NCBI GenBank assembly: GCA_951406725.2
Contig: OX597818.1
Coordinates: 115,878,001-115,942,000 of the forward strand
From: Octopus vulgaris
Taxonomy: Eukaryota
Direction of reading: 5' to 3'
DNA length: 64,000 bases
The notes under the pieces: generated by a model
Told to the model about the DNA's origin: nothing
The model's input: the letters and a program-made list of their open reading frames with translations, nothing else
Database searches by the model: none
Shown here: one piece after another, positions 39,066 to 54,090 of the stretch
Numbering within the stretch: position 1 is the first letter of the stretch
Layout: each line of letters begins with the position of its first letter
Position numbers and translations under genes: made by a program

Positions 39066-41478
39066 AGATAATATAATGCATGTTGTTTTGAATTAATCAT
39101 GCATTAAATCTTTGTAGATTTGAGATGTCAGTGATGTGATAGCCTATTTTTAGAATGACATTGTAGAGCAGGTGTGAACAGATAGATCCTTCTTAAGTCA
39201 TACAGATACATCAGGCTAGTTTCCGTGGTCCATATATTTTCCCCCTGGACGGGACACCAGTCCTATCACAGGATTATTCATTTTTGCCAGCTGAGTGGAT
39301 AGGAGAAACAGGAAATAAAGTGTTTTGCTCAAGAACACATGTCACCCAGTCCAGGAATTGAAACCACAATCTTATAATCATGAGTCCCATATCCTAACCA
39401 CTTAGCCATGTTTGGACATAAAAACAGGCAGAATATTTGAGCTGGTTAAGTGAAGTTTTCCATTGAGAAGTCATCAATTTGTGGAAATGCTTTGCTGAAT
39501 AATCTTACAGAATGCCATATGCCACACAGGTGAGAAAATTAAGTTACCTGGTTTTGATTTTTAGTTGCATTTGTTTTACTTTAAATATGACATTAATATC
39601 CTTAGGAAAGGCTTGAATTTAATTTTTCATCTGTTCTTGTGCCCATTAAAGATAAACAATTGTTAATTAATTAAACGTTAGCATGCTGGGCGAAATGCTT
39701 AGCGGTATTTCGTCTGCCATCACGTTCCACCAAGGTTGACTTTGCCTTTCATGCTTTCAGGGTAGATAAATTAAGTACCAGTTATGCACTGGAGTCGATG
39801 TAATCGACCCCCTTGTGGGCAATAAAGAAATAAGAAACATAGTTAATTAAACATTAATTAATGCAGCTTATTGCTAATATATACTGGATCATTTCTTGTT
39901 CAAATGTTTCTTTTGTTTGGGGATAAAGTGGAACCACGTGTCCAACTAAACTAGAGTTGGTTTCCATTAATATAAAACCAGATGGGCTCCAAATCTCACA
40001 AAATAGAAATTTTAAATTCTGGATGATTGTTTTTCTCCCCTTCCTGTTGTCATCATTGTTTAATGTCCACTTTCTATGCTGGCATGGGTTGGATGGTTTG
40101 ACTGAGGACTGGTGAGCCAGAGGCTGCACCAGGCTCCAGTCTGATCCAGCAAAGTTTCTACAGCTGGGTGCCCTTCCTAACGCCAACCACTCCAAGAGTG
40201 TAGTGGGTGCTTTTACGTGCCACTGGCACAAGGGCCAGTCAGGTGGTTCTAGCAAAAACCTCACTTAAAAGGTTTTTTTATGTGCTAACTTCACGGTAGC
40301 CAGTCTGGTGGCACTACCAACAACCACACTCGAATGTTGTTTTAACGTACCGCCAGAACAGGAGCCAATCTGTGGCCCTGGCAACGATCATGCTCAGATG
40401 TGCTTTAATGTTCCACTGGCACAAGTGCTAATCAGGCAGTACTGTCATCAGCCACATCAGCGATTTTGATTTGCTTACTGAGTGTTAGATAAATACCTTA
40501 TCAACACAGAGAGCTCTTCAGGTCTCAGTTTTCACACTTTTCTAAAGTGGAATTACTTTAGAAATTCTTCTTTGACAAATGAAAACTTTTATGTAAGCCT
40601 TTAGCATTTAAACTGGCCATATCTGGCCTCTCACGCCTCCCCTACAATATCATTTTTAAAAAATTAGCAGTCACATCATTGAAATCTCAAAACTGCAAAA
40701 TAATGAATGATTAATTTAAAACAATCATCATGATTGTTTAATGTCCGTTTTCCATGCTAGCATGGGTTGGACGGTTCAACCAGGGTCTGGGAAGCCAGAA
40801 GGCTGCACCAGGTTCCAGTCTGATCTAGCAGTGTTTCTACAGCTGGATGCCCTTCCTAATGCCAACCACTCCATGAATGTAGTGGGTGCTTTTTATGTGC
40901 CACCAGCATAGGGGCCAGAGGAGGCTCGCAATGGCCACAATCGGTTGGTGCTTTTTACGTGCCACCGGCACAGAAGCCAGTCAAAGCGGCACTGGCATTG
41001 GCCACATTCAGATGGTGCTTTTTACATGCCATTGACACAGTATTGTTTTAAATTAATCATGCATTAAGGGTTACATTTGACAAAGTAAACTGAATGCTAA
41101 AGGGTTAAATTAGAGGCTTTTAAACGATTGATTGAAAATGTCAAAATATTACACCAGAGCAGTTTGTTGAAAGAAATGCAATAAAGAGTGGATTCTTGGG
41201 GTTATTGATCTTTAACTCTGATTGCCCATATTTTGTAATCAAAGACATTCCAGCTTTGACTTTCCCTTATTGATTTTCCATTTTTTTTTCAGGTAAAAGT
41301 GTATTGAGTACTGTTTTAATTCAGTCTATCTTGGGTTTATTAAATAATATAAATGAAGATTTGGTCTTCTGGTTGAATAAAAAATAAATGAAAAAAAAAA
41401 ACATTGAATAAAATATTTTCACAAAAAAAAAATTGATTGGTGTTAGCAAAATTGAGTTGTATCTTATTATTACCTCCA

Positions 41479-41922
41479 CCAGAATGAGATAAAAAAACCC
41501 CAAGGCTGTGAAGATTTTAGAACATTTATAAATAGAAGGTCTTACAGCTGTTTCTGGGATGTTTATTATATCCCTTCATTGGAGACAGTGTATACAAACT
41601 CTATACTTGGAATGACCAATTTTAAATACTATTGGATTTTGCTCACAAGGTACTATGTTATATGTATACCATTCTGCCTAAATAATGGATCTACAAATGC
41701 AATATCCCTGCATATCTCATCATCATCATTGTTCGACAGTGGTCAAGACAATGGAATTTACCATGCTACGCCAGACTTCACGGTCCATATCTCACATCTA
41801 TTTTCAACCATCTCACACTGTCTCCAATGAAGAGATATAATAAATATCCTAGAAACAGCTGTAAGGACCTATTTATAAATGTTCTAAAATCTTCACAGAC
41901 TTGGTTTTTTTATTTCATTCTG
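41479..41922. repeat. ~110-bp inverted repeat, probably an inverted Penelope pseudo-LTR
   Basis: 41479-41591 is reverse-complementary to ~41815-41922. Confidence 0.7.
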
Positions 41923-42111
41923 AAAAAAAAAAAAATTATATATATATATGTAAAAAAATACAAACTGGGACAAGAATGCAAAACACCTAGAAGACGATGC
42001 AAAAAACATGGACGGGATATTCGAAGCCCTCAATCTTCAGTCAAGAACCGGATCATCCTCGCAATTTCAGCTGATTAATCTTGATGTGTATATATACATA
42101 TATATTATGTA

Positions 42112-42158
<47 letters not shown>

Positions 42159-44052
42159 TCATTTAACGTCCGCTTACCATGCTAGCATGGGTTGGTATAT
42201 ATATATATATATATATATGTGGCTGTGTAGTAAGAAGCTTGCTTCTCAACTATATGATCCTGGGTTCAGTCCCACTGCAAAGCATTTTGAGCAAGCCTCA
42301 GGCCAACCAAATCTTTGTGAGTGGATTTGGTAGAGGGAAACTGAAAGAAGCCTGTCAAGTGTGTATTTGTCTATATATACATATATATATATATTCATGT
42401 GTGTCTTTGTTCGCCCCACCATCATCCTTTGACAACAAATGTTGGTGTGTTTATGTCGCTGTAACTTAGCAGATCAGAATAAGAGCCCGATAGAATAAGT
42501 ACTAGGCTTACAAAGAAAAAGTCCTGGGATCGATTTCTGTGACTAAAAACCCTTTAAAGGTGGTGCTCCAGCATGGCCCCAGTCAAGTGACTGAAACAGG
42601 TAACAGAATACACACACGAATTATCTATTTCAGAAAAAATGTTAAATATGAAATTAAAGTTAATATAAACGACATGTTTATGAACAAGATTAAACGAAGA
42701 CCAGAAACAGATTACGCCCCCCCCATCTCACACACAAAAGGAATTGCAAGTAATTAACCAATACTCTTTTACTTGTTTCAGTCATTTAACTGCGGCCATG
42801 CTGGAGCACCGCCTTTAGTCGAGCAAATCGACCCCGGGACTTATTCTTTGTATGCCCGGTACTTATTTTATCGGTCTCTTTTGCCGAACCGCTAAGTGAC
42901 AGGGACGTAAACACACCAGCATCGGTTGTCAAGCAATGCTAGGGGGACAAACACAGACACACAAACACACATACATACATATATACGACAGGCTTCTTTC
43001 AGTTTCCGTCTACCAAATCCACTCACAAGGCATTGGTCGGCCCGGGGCTATAGCAGAAGACACTTGCCCAAGATGCCACGCAGTGGGACTGAACCCGGAA
43101 CCATGTGGTTGGTTAGCAAGCTACTTACCACACAGCCACTCCTGTGCCTACATAAATTTGATGACAAAACAGAACAAACAAATATAAAAAAAAAAAAAAA
43201 CAATCATTTTTGATATGGAATGAATTTATAGTACAATGATAAACAGATGGAAACAGATTTTGTATGAGCCAAACAGTGTGGGGCCTCTTGTTCGCCGATG
43301 ACATTTGCTGCCAACAGGAGGTTGTGAAGAGCTCGCATAACAAGAGAGGTAACTCGTCAGTTTTTTTTTTCTTTTGATCATCAAATTAAAAAGTTATTTA
43401 GAAAACTAATTACATAAAGAGCAATATAATATATATATATATTTTAACTCAATACTATTTCTGTTGCATTAATAGGATGTAATTTAGCACAGGGGCTATC
43501 TAGAACAGTTTTTTTTTAAAAATTGAATTAAAACCAATTCAAAGATGAAACATTAAAAAAAAAAAAAAAAAAAAGAATTCAAGGAAATTTGGGCTAATTT
43601 CCATCAACAACAAAATAAAAGTTGATATAATAAGAAACGGTATCTCCATGTGACATACAGACTTATTTTATGTTTTATGATTTCTGAAATCAAATTGCAA
43701 AAAAATACAAATAATTTAATTCATTTTAAAAAGACTCTAATTGTAAGAAGAACTAGAATAACTGGCACTGACCTAACCCTAATAGATGGAGCAATTGCAG
43801 AGGAATTATTTATATAAAAGTATCCAGAAAACAAAAAAAAATGTAAATTCTCCAATGAATCTACTTATTTACCTCCATTTTAAAGAGTTAGAAGTTAGTG
43901 GCAGAGCTACCTCTCTTATGTACATGACCCTATGAAGATTTGAAAATCTTTTTTCCTCCCTCCCAGTTGCCTGAAAGAAGCAAATATTCCCCTCTCCCCA
44001 GCCCTGTGGTGTATATATTTTGTTGATGAGTGCAGCCGAAGGAAAGTTTTCT

Positions 44053-44104
44053 TCATACAGCAGAGCCATTTCCTTGGTGGAGTGTTTTTATCAATCTGAG
44101 TAAC
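44053..44104 (-). CDS. INTS15: INTS15 last coding exon
   Basis: LLRLIKTLHQGNGSAV*, acceptor tttccttgtag. Confidence 0.75.
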
Positions 44105-47100
44105 CTACAAGGAAAAAAGAAAGAAACACTAAATTATGAATCAAACAAACTAAAAACGTAATTAAGTACTTGAACTAATCATAACGGCACGAGTATTAGA
44201 AATCTTAATAAACTAGCAACTGGGTCATATATATGACAGATCAGCTTCACCTTACTGGCACCTGTGCCGGTGGTATGGGTAAAAGATTCAATCAAGGTCA
44301 TTGCCAGTACCACCTGACTGGCACGTAAAAGCACCCACTACACTCTTGGAGTGGTCGGTGTTAGGAAGGGCATCAAGCTGTAGAAACTTTGCCAGATCAA
44401 GATTGGAGCCTGGTGCAGCCATTTGGTTTGCCAGCCCTCAGTCAAATCGTCCAAGCATGGAAAGCGGATGTTAAACGATGATGATGATGATTATGATATC
44501 AAACATAATTGAGAAGCAAGTTTAGATGGCTGAAGATAAATGTTCTCCAAAGAATCAGCATAGATCCTTGATTCCACATTCTGAATGCTCTCAGAATCCA
44601 TCCCAACAGCCTCGTGCACAATCCTGCCATCTCAGTAATGTGGAAATGAAATGATGTATTATTACTCAAAATCAAATCACAATCAAATGGAAATTATAGT
44701 TGTGGCCGATGCCAGGGTCACCTGATTGGCTCCCCGTGCCTGTGACACATAAAAAGCACCCTTGGTTCCTGTGCCGGTAGCACGTAAAAAGCACCATCCA
44801 AATGTGGTCGATGCCAGTGCTGCCCGACTGGCGATGTTCCGATGGTGCCTTTTGACCCCTATTTTTTTAATATACTTAGTTGATTCTCAAAAAAAAAATC
44901 TATGAAAAACTCTTGGGTTTATTATATATTTTTTACAGCCCTGGTTTCTATTCTAATCTAATCTCTTTAGAGGGTTTCTCTATGTTTCCTATTTCTAGGA
45001 GTGTGTGGTTTTTTAGGTGAGGTTCTATATCTCACAAGAACCTTCCATTCTCTAGGAATTACATTTGTTGGCCTTTCTAAAACATGTTCAACAACATTAG
45101 ATAACACCTTCCCTCTCCATCCCAGCATCATCATCACCAAATGAAAGTGCTGTCACCATTCAGGAGACGCTTTTCCATTAGCAAATAATAATGATTTCAA
45201 ATTTTGGCACAAGGCCAGCAAGTGTGGGGGAGGGGCTAAGTCAATTACACCGACCCCAGTGCTTGACTAGCACTTATTTTATAGACCCCCAAAAGAATGC
45301 AAAGTCGACTGTAGCAGAATTTGAACCCAGAACAAAGGGGTGGGCAAAATGCTGAAGCATTTTGCCTGGCATACAATCCATTCTGACAGCTTGCCGTCTT
45401 ATTAGCAAATAATAATAATAATAATAGGGCAGTGAGCTGGCAGAAACGTTAGCGCGCCGGGCGAAATGCTTAGCGGTATTTCGTCTGTCGTTACGTTCTG
45501 AGTTCAAATTCCGCCGAGGTCGACTTGGCCTTTCATCCTTTCGGGGTCGATAAATAAAGTACCAGTTTCGCACTGGGGTCGATGTACTCGACTTAATCCC
45601 TTTGTCTGTCCTTGTTTGTCCCTTCTATGTTTAGCCCCTTGTGGGCAATAAAGAAATGAATAATAATAATAATAATGTAATTAAGCATAAAGAAACCTGA
45701 GAATGATTTTTATGTATGAAACTGATGCGAGAAGGAATTTCATTGAACAAAAGTTAAGCAAGTTCTAAGTAAAGGTCTTACCTGTTTGCTGGCAATAGCT
45801 GCAAGATCTCACAAAGTTGTGCTGAAAAATAAATATACATCTATGAATATATATACACTTATGTGGAGACACATGGCCTAGTGGTTAGAGCAGCAGACTC
45901 GCGGTCGAGGGATCGCGGTTTCGAATCTCAAACCGGGCGATGTGTGTGTGTGTTTATGAGCTGGACATTACTCCATCTGATTATCATTTATGCCACAGTC
46001 TTCAAAATCACTCGGACGGGAAAAATATGAATTCTGTAGACAAGGTCAGAACAGTACTGGAGGAGTATTTATCGTAATGGACAAGTGAATTTTGGAAGAG
46101 AGGCTTTGCAAGTCTACCAGATAGATGGAAGAGCATTGTAGATAATGAAGGAGAGTATATTTTAGATTAAAAAAGAATTTTACTTATCTTAATTTTGAAA
46201 AATAAAAGAAATATTTAAAAAACCGCATGACCATATATATATATATATATATACACATGTACACACACATATATTATCATCATCATCATTATTTAATGTC
46301 CATTTTTCACTCTCGGAGTGGTTGGTGTTAGAAAGGGCATCCAGCTGTAGAAACATTGCCAGATCAGATTGGAGCCTGGTGTAGCCGCTGGCTTGCCAGT
46401 CCTCAATCAAACCGTCCAACCCATGCCAGCGTGGAAAATGACGTTAAACGATGACGACGATGATATTATAATTCAAAAAAAAAAAAAGGAGCTGACATGG
46501 CAGTTTTTAATGTGATGGGAAAAAAATTTGCACCAAAATTTAACTCTAAACTAGGGGTGTGACCTAATCACAAGTACATATGGTATATTTCTATTTACAA
46601 TAAATACAATATATTTACATTGCAGTTAATGCCAGGTGAGAAAACGAGGCACATTATATGTTATATGCATTTTATAAACTCTACGAGTCACAGGGACACT
46701 ACCTGAAACTGAATTTTACACAGCTATAATACAAGATATTTATTTATTACTAAACATCAAGTTGAAATTGGTGGATAGAATTGTACTCGAAATTTGAAAA
46801 AGGGGGGTAAAATATATTGATTTTTAGCTGCAAAACATGGGACCTGCATTATATTTGCAATTACATAGCACTCACTACCAAGTGATTGTGATATGAGTTA
46901 TACACCTATTTTGTCTAATAGCATTCATTCATTCAATAAATAATTTTTTACATTACGTATATAGAATAAACTGTGAGTTTTGCAAATAGCAAATTAAAAC
47001 TAGAAAGGAAAACATTGAAATGAAAATAGAGGTGAGAGACTGTTGCAAATGAAAACAGAAAATTTCCCCTGCAAAGAATTAATAACGGTTATTAAATCTA

Positions 47101-50100
47101 CTCTGCAGTGAATGCAACGAATATTTAAATTTGTGAAAAACTTGCAGCTCAAATATTCAATAACCATCAGAAATCGAAATTACAGGAAATTTCTTGGAAC
47201 TTGAATTTATAAAAAAAATTTCCAGACGGTCAAGCCTTTAATAACTGCTTTCTTTTAGTAATTGTTACGTACCTATTTAATAAGCAGCTTTCTCCATTAT
47301 AATATAGATATATAAACACATAAAACAGCAAAGAAAAAATGTAAAAAAGACGTTAATCAAATTTGCAAGAGAGAACATACATACCTGGTCTGACTCGAAG
47401 AGTCGCACTGGCTAAAGCTACTTGAATAATCTGTCCAAGTCTTTCAATAGAGCAGAGGCAAGTCTCTTCCTCTGGTGATAAACCGTAACGTTTGCAAATG
47501 TCCATAAGTTCCTGAGATGTCTTTTTGATGTCAGCCGGTGTGAAAGGGTGCCCAGTGGCATTCGGTACATTGGGGCCAAGCAGTCCACTGACCGCAGTCC
47601 GGCCGGTACCGGTCGCTGCTGCATTGTTGGCGAGCAGGCTTTGAAGGACCCCCAAGTGGAGCCGCGAGAAGAGCTGCTGCTGCTGCTGGAGCCGATTGTT
47701 ATTGTTGCAGGTATTGGCCCCGATGTCCCCCCAGGAGTTTTTGTTGTTGTCAGTGGCCTTGAGACATAGCACGGGTCCCTTGACGCACCAGTTGGTGAGT
47801 CCAGGAAACGGTGAGCAGCCGTGCGAGGCGAACATCCGATAGCTACTGCCAGAGGATGCTGGACGCATAGACACCGAACACAGTCTGCTATCCGAGGAGA
47901 TCCAGTTGGTGACATGTTCCACAAGTTTCTCTGGCGGCATACCATCTAAAGCTGGAACAAAAGAAACAAACACCATTTTATACAACAATGTAACAGGTAA
48001 GTCATCATCAACTAGAATCAATATACTACTTACTAGCAGAAATACCTGTCGTTGACTGGGTTCAGAAAGAGTCTTCAAAAATTATACCCTGATTTATGAA
48101 AGGTACTACTTTGATATTATTGAATGTTTTGTAGCGGAATATCCGCAAACTCTTATTGCCAGGCTTCGGCCCCAAAAGTTATATTTTACAAATGGGTCCG
48201 CTGATAGTCAGTCTCTTCAGCTCTTTCTCTTTTCCTATGCTGAGATTGCTTAGGTAGTTCAAATCATTTTTTTTTTTTCCGGAGACATTGTAGTAGGGTG
48301 AATTAATCTATATGAAAGACACGGGACTTAACTCATGTCAGCAAACTTATGGATTTCACCAACGTGAAAAATTGGTAAAAGTTATGGATGAAAATCGATT
48401 TTTACCACTATCCGGAGGTGCCTTGGGAAAAATAAGTTGACACAAGCACAGCCACGGTCATGACCAATGTTCTCCTAAAATTGGAGCAGCATGTGTGCTA
48501 ATTTGTGGATGTGCATAAAGTACATTCACGTACACACACACATCCTGCCTTTTATAGATATAGATTAATTGCTTGTAGGGTCACCATATTTCATTCTGCA
48601 ACCATAATATATATTACCAAGTATATTAAAGACTGTGAGAAAGAGCAAAACTGGCTCGAAAACATAGGACTGTAAGTAAAATTAATGAACCGCTGCTGCA
48701 GTACCTTCCTGGAAGTCCTCACATCTATAAGTCAGTTGATACAACCCCAGATCCAGAAGTGGTGGTAAATTATTCTACAGAATTCCTCAATTCTGAGGAT
48801 CTCATAATTAATGTAAAACATTTTTAATGTAAAAAAAATCTATAATAGCTCTAAAACCTTTAGCATTTATACCAGCCAAATCCAACAAAAATATTCTGTT
48901 TTATGTTCTAATTGGCCACATCTGGCCTCTTACACCTACCCCACAACACCATTCTAAAATTAACACTCAGCCCACCCAACCTCTAACAGAAGGTCAGTCC
49001 TGATGCATCTCCAACATCTATTTCTCTTTCTCTCTCACTGTCTCTCTATCTTCCTCTCTAATTATCTCTCCCCTCTTTTCCTACTGGGGTAGCCAAGTAT
49101 GTCCTCCTCACTAAGACACCTATCTCTATCCCTCTATTATATTCCAACCTCTCACCTGGCACTAGGATACTTCCTGTGGCTCTGCTCCCTCTCCCAGCTG
49201 AGAGATCTTTACATCACAAGTCACTTGGTGACCCTGCTGGTATCAATGCCATGTAAAAAGCACCAGTGCTGATGTCGCATAAAAAGCACCCTGTATACTC
49301 CGTAAAGTGGTTGGCATTAGGAAGGGCATCAGCTGTAGAAACCATGCGAAAATGGATAATTGGAGCCAGGTACAGCTCTCTGGCTTGCAAGCTCCTGTCA
49401 AACTGTTCAAACCAAGCTAGCATGGAAGATGAATGTTAAATGATGATATCAAAATCTTGCAGCTATGAAATAACACATGATTAATTCAAAACATCATCAT
49501 CATCATTTAACATCCACTTTCCATGCTAGCATGGGTTGGAAAATTGACTGAAGGCTGCCGAACCAGATGGCTGCACCAGGCTTCAATCTTGATCTGGCAG
49601 AGTTTCTACAGCTGGATGCCCTTCCTAACGCCAACCACTCTGAGAGTGTAGTGGGTGCTTTTACATTCCAACCGGCACGGGGCCAATCAGGTGGTACTGG
49701 CAACGACCTCGCTCGAATCTTTTACACATGCCACTGGCACAGGTGCCAGTAAGGCGATGCTGGTAATGATCACGCTCAAATAGTGTCTTTTCCATGCCAC
49801 CAGCACGAAGGCCAAATAGCCGCTCTGGCAATGATCACGCTTGTATGGTGCTCTTAATACCCTACTAGCACGGGGCTTGAGTGCCAGTAAGGTGACGCTG
49901 GTAACAATCATGCTCGAATGGTGTCTTTTATGTGCCACTGGCATGGAGACAGATTGATCCAAATGTTAAACAGTTAAGAAAGATAAATGCTACGAAATAC
50001 CGACACTTTCCTTGACCCCAATCTTCATATAAAACAAAAGAGACAAAACTCATTCAACTTACTGTTACATGGGAATAGAGCGGTTACCGCTGCAATGAAG

Positions 50101-50752
50101 TTACAGGCAAATAGTGGTGAGATACTGGGCAGTGCTTGAAATGTTGGAATCACACCTGGAAACAGTTGGCAGTAGTCGTTGACCATGGACTTGGCCATGC
50201 AGCACACTGGTTCACTGTCACAGCCTCGCTCCTGCATTTCAAATATACAAGTCATAACAAGTATTAATGTATTGTATAAGTGTGCATGTGTGTGGATATA
50301 TGGGTATATATGCTTATATGCATGTATGAATGTATATATCAGTGTGTTCACATATGTGTGAGTGTACGTATTTGCAATAAAATGTGGCAGTCCTACACAG
50401 GACTACTTTTTAGCCCCAGGAAAACGTCTTTTCCAGTTGCCTACCGATACAATGGTGTGTGTCCGTATACCATGAGCAAGGAAGTTTATAGCACGCTTTC
50501 TAGCCTTAGCGATACCTGTAGACCAATGGTTTCTCGGTTACTTCTCTTCCTTGGTACAGGACAATCACCAGCTAGAGATGGTAGCCACTTGCCCTTGCTC
50601 ACTATATACTTTTAAAGCAACACACAGTCTCTTGTCTTGTAAAGTGTAAAAACAGAGAGACAGACGTACAGACATACATACATACATGGGGCAAAAAGTA
50701 GTAACGTCACCCTGTGTAGGACTGCCACATTGTGTTGGCAAATAAGCTTTAC

Positions 50753-50790
<38 letters not shown>

Positions 50791-50801
50791 TATATAGACA
50801 T

Positions 50802-50837
<36 letters not shown>

Positions 50838-53800
50838 TATATATAGACATTATATACATATATATATACATATATATATATATATACATACACACACATA
50901 TATATATAGTTACGAAGGCTGCAAGCTCTGTCCCACTCATCTTTCTTCATCAATATCAGTTAACCCTTTAACATTTTAACTGGCTAAATCGGGCCAAAAT
51001 ATCATATCTGGCTCATGTTCAAATCCTCCAAATATGGCCTCCTACACTTAATTTACAATGTCATTCTGGGTGGCACGTAAAAAGCACCCACTACACTCAC
51101 GGAGTGGTTGGCGTTAGGAAGGGCATCCAGCCGTAGAAACACTGCCAGATCTGACTGGGCCTGATGAAGCCTTCTGTCTTCACAGACCCCAGTTGAACCG
51201 TCCAACCCATGCTAGCATGGAAAACGGATGCTAAACGATGATGATGATGATGATGATTCTAGAAATAAACTATTAAATCAATGAAATCTCGAAACTACAA
51301 GATAATGCCTGATTAATTCAAAACATACCAGTGCCATGTAAAAAGCACCCAGTGCTCTCAGGAAAGTGGTTGGCATTGGGAAGGGCATCCTACCATAGAA
51401 ACTATACCAACACAAGACAACTGGAGGCTGGTGCAGCTCTCTAGCTGGCCACGTCCTGTCAAACCATCTAACCTGTGTCATCATGAAAAGCAAACATTAA
51501 ATGATGATAATGATGATACATTTGACAGAGTAATCATAATACTAAAGGGTTAAAGAGGGCCAGCCATTCCCTCATTAATTTTACCAATCTTAGAGAACCA
51601 GCAAAGGTCAGGAGTACTCTTTTACCCTTTTACTTGTTTCAGTCATTTGACTGCGGCCATGCTGGAGCACCGCCTTTATTCAAGCAAATCGACCCCAGGA
51701 CTTATCCTCTGTAAGCCTAGTACTTATTCTATCAGTCTCTTTTGCCGAACCACTAAGTTACGGGGACGTAAACACGCCAGCATCGGTTGTCAAGCAATGT
51801 TGGGGGGACAAGCACAGACACACAAACATACACATATATACAACGGCCTTCTTTCAGTTTCCATCTACCAAATTCAATCACAAGGCTTTGGTTGGCCTGA
51901 GGCTATAGTAGAAGACACTTGCCCAAGGTACCACGCAGTGGGACTGAACCCGGAACCATGTGGTTCGTAAGCAAGCTACTTACAACACAGCCACTCCTAC
52001 GCGTCTTGACTAAAACAAAGGGGGTGGGAAAATAAAGGTAAAAAATTTAGAGAAGTGAGAAAACAAGGAGTACGTTTAGTTACCTGCATCCATAGAGCAG
52101 TACAGTCGAGAACAGCCGTACACTTTATTGACATTGCCATGGAAACAAGCTTGGTCAGCAAGTTGACTTTCAACAAGGCTGCTTCCCCAGCAAACATGAT
52201 GGCAAATATGCTGTTTCTTTCATTTTCCTTCTGGTCAGTGATGTACGAGCAGAGAATTTCGAGTAACTGCAGTTCTTGGATGGCAGTGAGTCGCTGAAAG
52301 AGTAATGAAGAACCAAACTGAGACAGACAGACAGACATTCAAACAGACATGCAGATAGAGACAGGGACAGACAGACATGTAGAGACAGACAAACATTCAA
52401 ACATACATACAGACAGAGACAGACAGACATGCAGATAGACAAACAGAGATCATCCAATGTCTTGGGTTTTTTTTCCGGGTGTGATACACCCAAAACTACA
52501 TTGTCCAATATATTTTTCATTTAATTGGTGTTGTTTAATTCCAGGTCAGCCCTAACCAGACAGGCTAATGTATGCTTAAAAGGATTCCAGCTATGTCCAC
52601 CATCATCATCATCATCATTTTTATGTCCAACATGAGAAGAAACAAAATGAGATAATGAGTGAAACTTTTACATTAATGATTCTCACCCAGGGCCCATATA
52701 AAATTGTTATTAAAATTTTATGGGCATGGCTGTGTGGTTAGGGAGCTTGCTTCCTAGCTACATGGTTTCGGGTTCAGTCCCACTGCGTGGCACTTTGGGT
52801 AGGTGTCTTCTGCTATAGCCCCGAGCCGACCGAAGCTTTGTGATTGAATTCGGCAGGCGGAAGTTACTGCCGTGTGTGTACATGTACGTGTAAGTGCTTG
52901 TGCCTCTCCCAAAGAGAGAGAGAGGGATATAACAAAAAGCTTCCACTACACTCTCGGAGTGGTTGGCGTTAGAAGGGCATCCAGCTGTAGAAACAATGCC
53001 AGAATAGCCCAGAGTCTGGTGCAGCCTCCTGGCTTCCCAGACTCCAGTCAAACCGTCCAACCCATGCCAGCATGGAAAACGGATGTTAAACGATGATGAG
53101 AAGACCCGGAAACTAAAGTGGCATCACAGTCACGCATGTCCGGCCCTGTTAAGAATAGATCTGATGCGTCGGTTGATATGATATGCTTGAGAAGACCTGT
53201 TGAGTCAAGTAAAAGCAATATCATAGCTGGGGCTAGTGCCCCCTGACTGGCTCCTATGCCGGTGGCACGTAAAAAGCACCATCCGAATGTAGTCGATGCC
53301 AGGTCCACCTGACTGGCTCCAGTGCTGGTGGCACATAAAAACCACCAACCAAACATGGCCAATGCCAGTTCCCCCAGACTGGCTCCCATGCCAGTGGAAT
53401 GTAAAATGCACCATCTGAACATGGTCAATGTCAGGTCTGCCTGGAGGCCGCACCAGGCTCCAATCTGATCTGGCAGTATTTCTACAGCTGGATGCCCTTC
53501 CTAACACCAGCCGCTCCGAGAATGTAGTGGGTGTTTTTTACGTGCCACCGGCATGGGAGCCCATCAGGCGGCACTGGCATTGGCCACATTCAGATGGTGC
53601 TTTTTACGTGCTACCCGCACAGGAACCAGTCAGGGTGGGGGACTGACATTGACCACATTTGGATGGTGCTCTTTACGCGCCACCAGCACAGAGAGCCAGT
53701 CAGGCAGCACCTCCCCCACAAATCACTCTTATCTTCTAAAAAAAAAAATGAACAAAATGGGATGGTCACAGCTCATAAGTCTGCTCAACAAGGTTAGACC

Positions 53801-54090
53801 TGTGGTTAAAAAAATAAAAAAACAATAACAAAACAAGTAATGAAAATATGATGATGATGATGATGATGGTGATGAAAATGATGGAGCAAACTGAAAGACA
53901 GACATACCTTTGGATTGCAGGCAAAATGAATGAAATCTCTAGAAACTTCCACAGTATAGTCTTCTCCACCTCCTCCTAGTCCTGGAATTCCACCAGTTTC
54001 TTTCCTCAGACAGCGGCTCAGGTAGTGAAGGGCCTCCCTTGTACACTCAGGGAAGTCGAGGTAGCTGAGTCGCTTGAGAATGTTGGACAT
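44053..54090 (-). CDS. INTS15: Integrator complex subunit 15 (C7orf26 ortholog), 6 coding exons, 406 aa: join(54090-53908, 52293-52084, 50231-50063, 47951-47385, 45821-45782, 44104-44053)
   Basis: All introns are GT-AG with consistent phases (0,0,1,1,2) and the total is 1221 nt. Peptides RLTAIQELQLLEILCSY, LLTKLVSMA, VNDYCQLFPG, GLTNWCVKGP, LFSRLHLGVLQ and SIERLGQIIQVALASA match human C7orf26/INTS15 as recalled. Confidence 0.9.
45782..45821 (-). CDS. INTS15: INTS15 coding exon 5 (40-nt microexon)
   Basis: AQLCEILQLLPANR, bounded by tttttcag and gtaaga. Phases fit both neighbours. Confidence 0.8.
47385..47951 (-). CDS. INTS15: INTS15 coding exon 4
   Basis: LDGMPPEKLVE...ATLRVRP, bounded by ttccag and gtatgt. 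Confidence 0.9.
50063..50231 (-). CDS. INTS15: INTS15 coding exon 3
   Basis: ERGCDSEPVCCMAKSMVNDYC...FPCN, bounded by atgcag and gtaagt. Confidence 0.9.
52084..52293 (-). CDS. INTS15: INTS15 coding exon 2
   Basis: RLTAIQELQLLE...TALWMQ, bounded by ctttcag and gtaact. Confidence 0.9.
53908..54090 (-). CDS. INTS15: INTS15 coding exon 1
   Basis: ATG at 54090, acceptor at 54099, donor AAG|gtatgt. Confidence 0.8.

Noticed and set aside
47418-47945. Alternative-frame and antisense ORFs over INTS15 exon 4, KAT5, FNTB and LINE ORFs (e.g. 56215-57018 -)
   Set aside because: Shadow ORFs of real coding sequence with no independent motifs.
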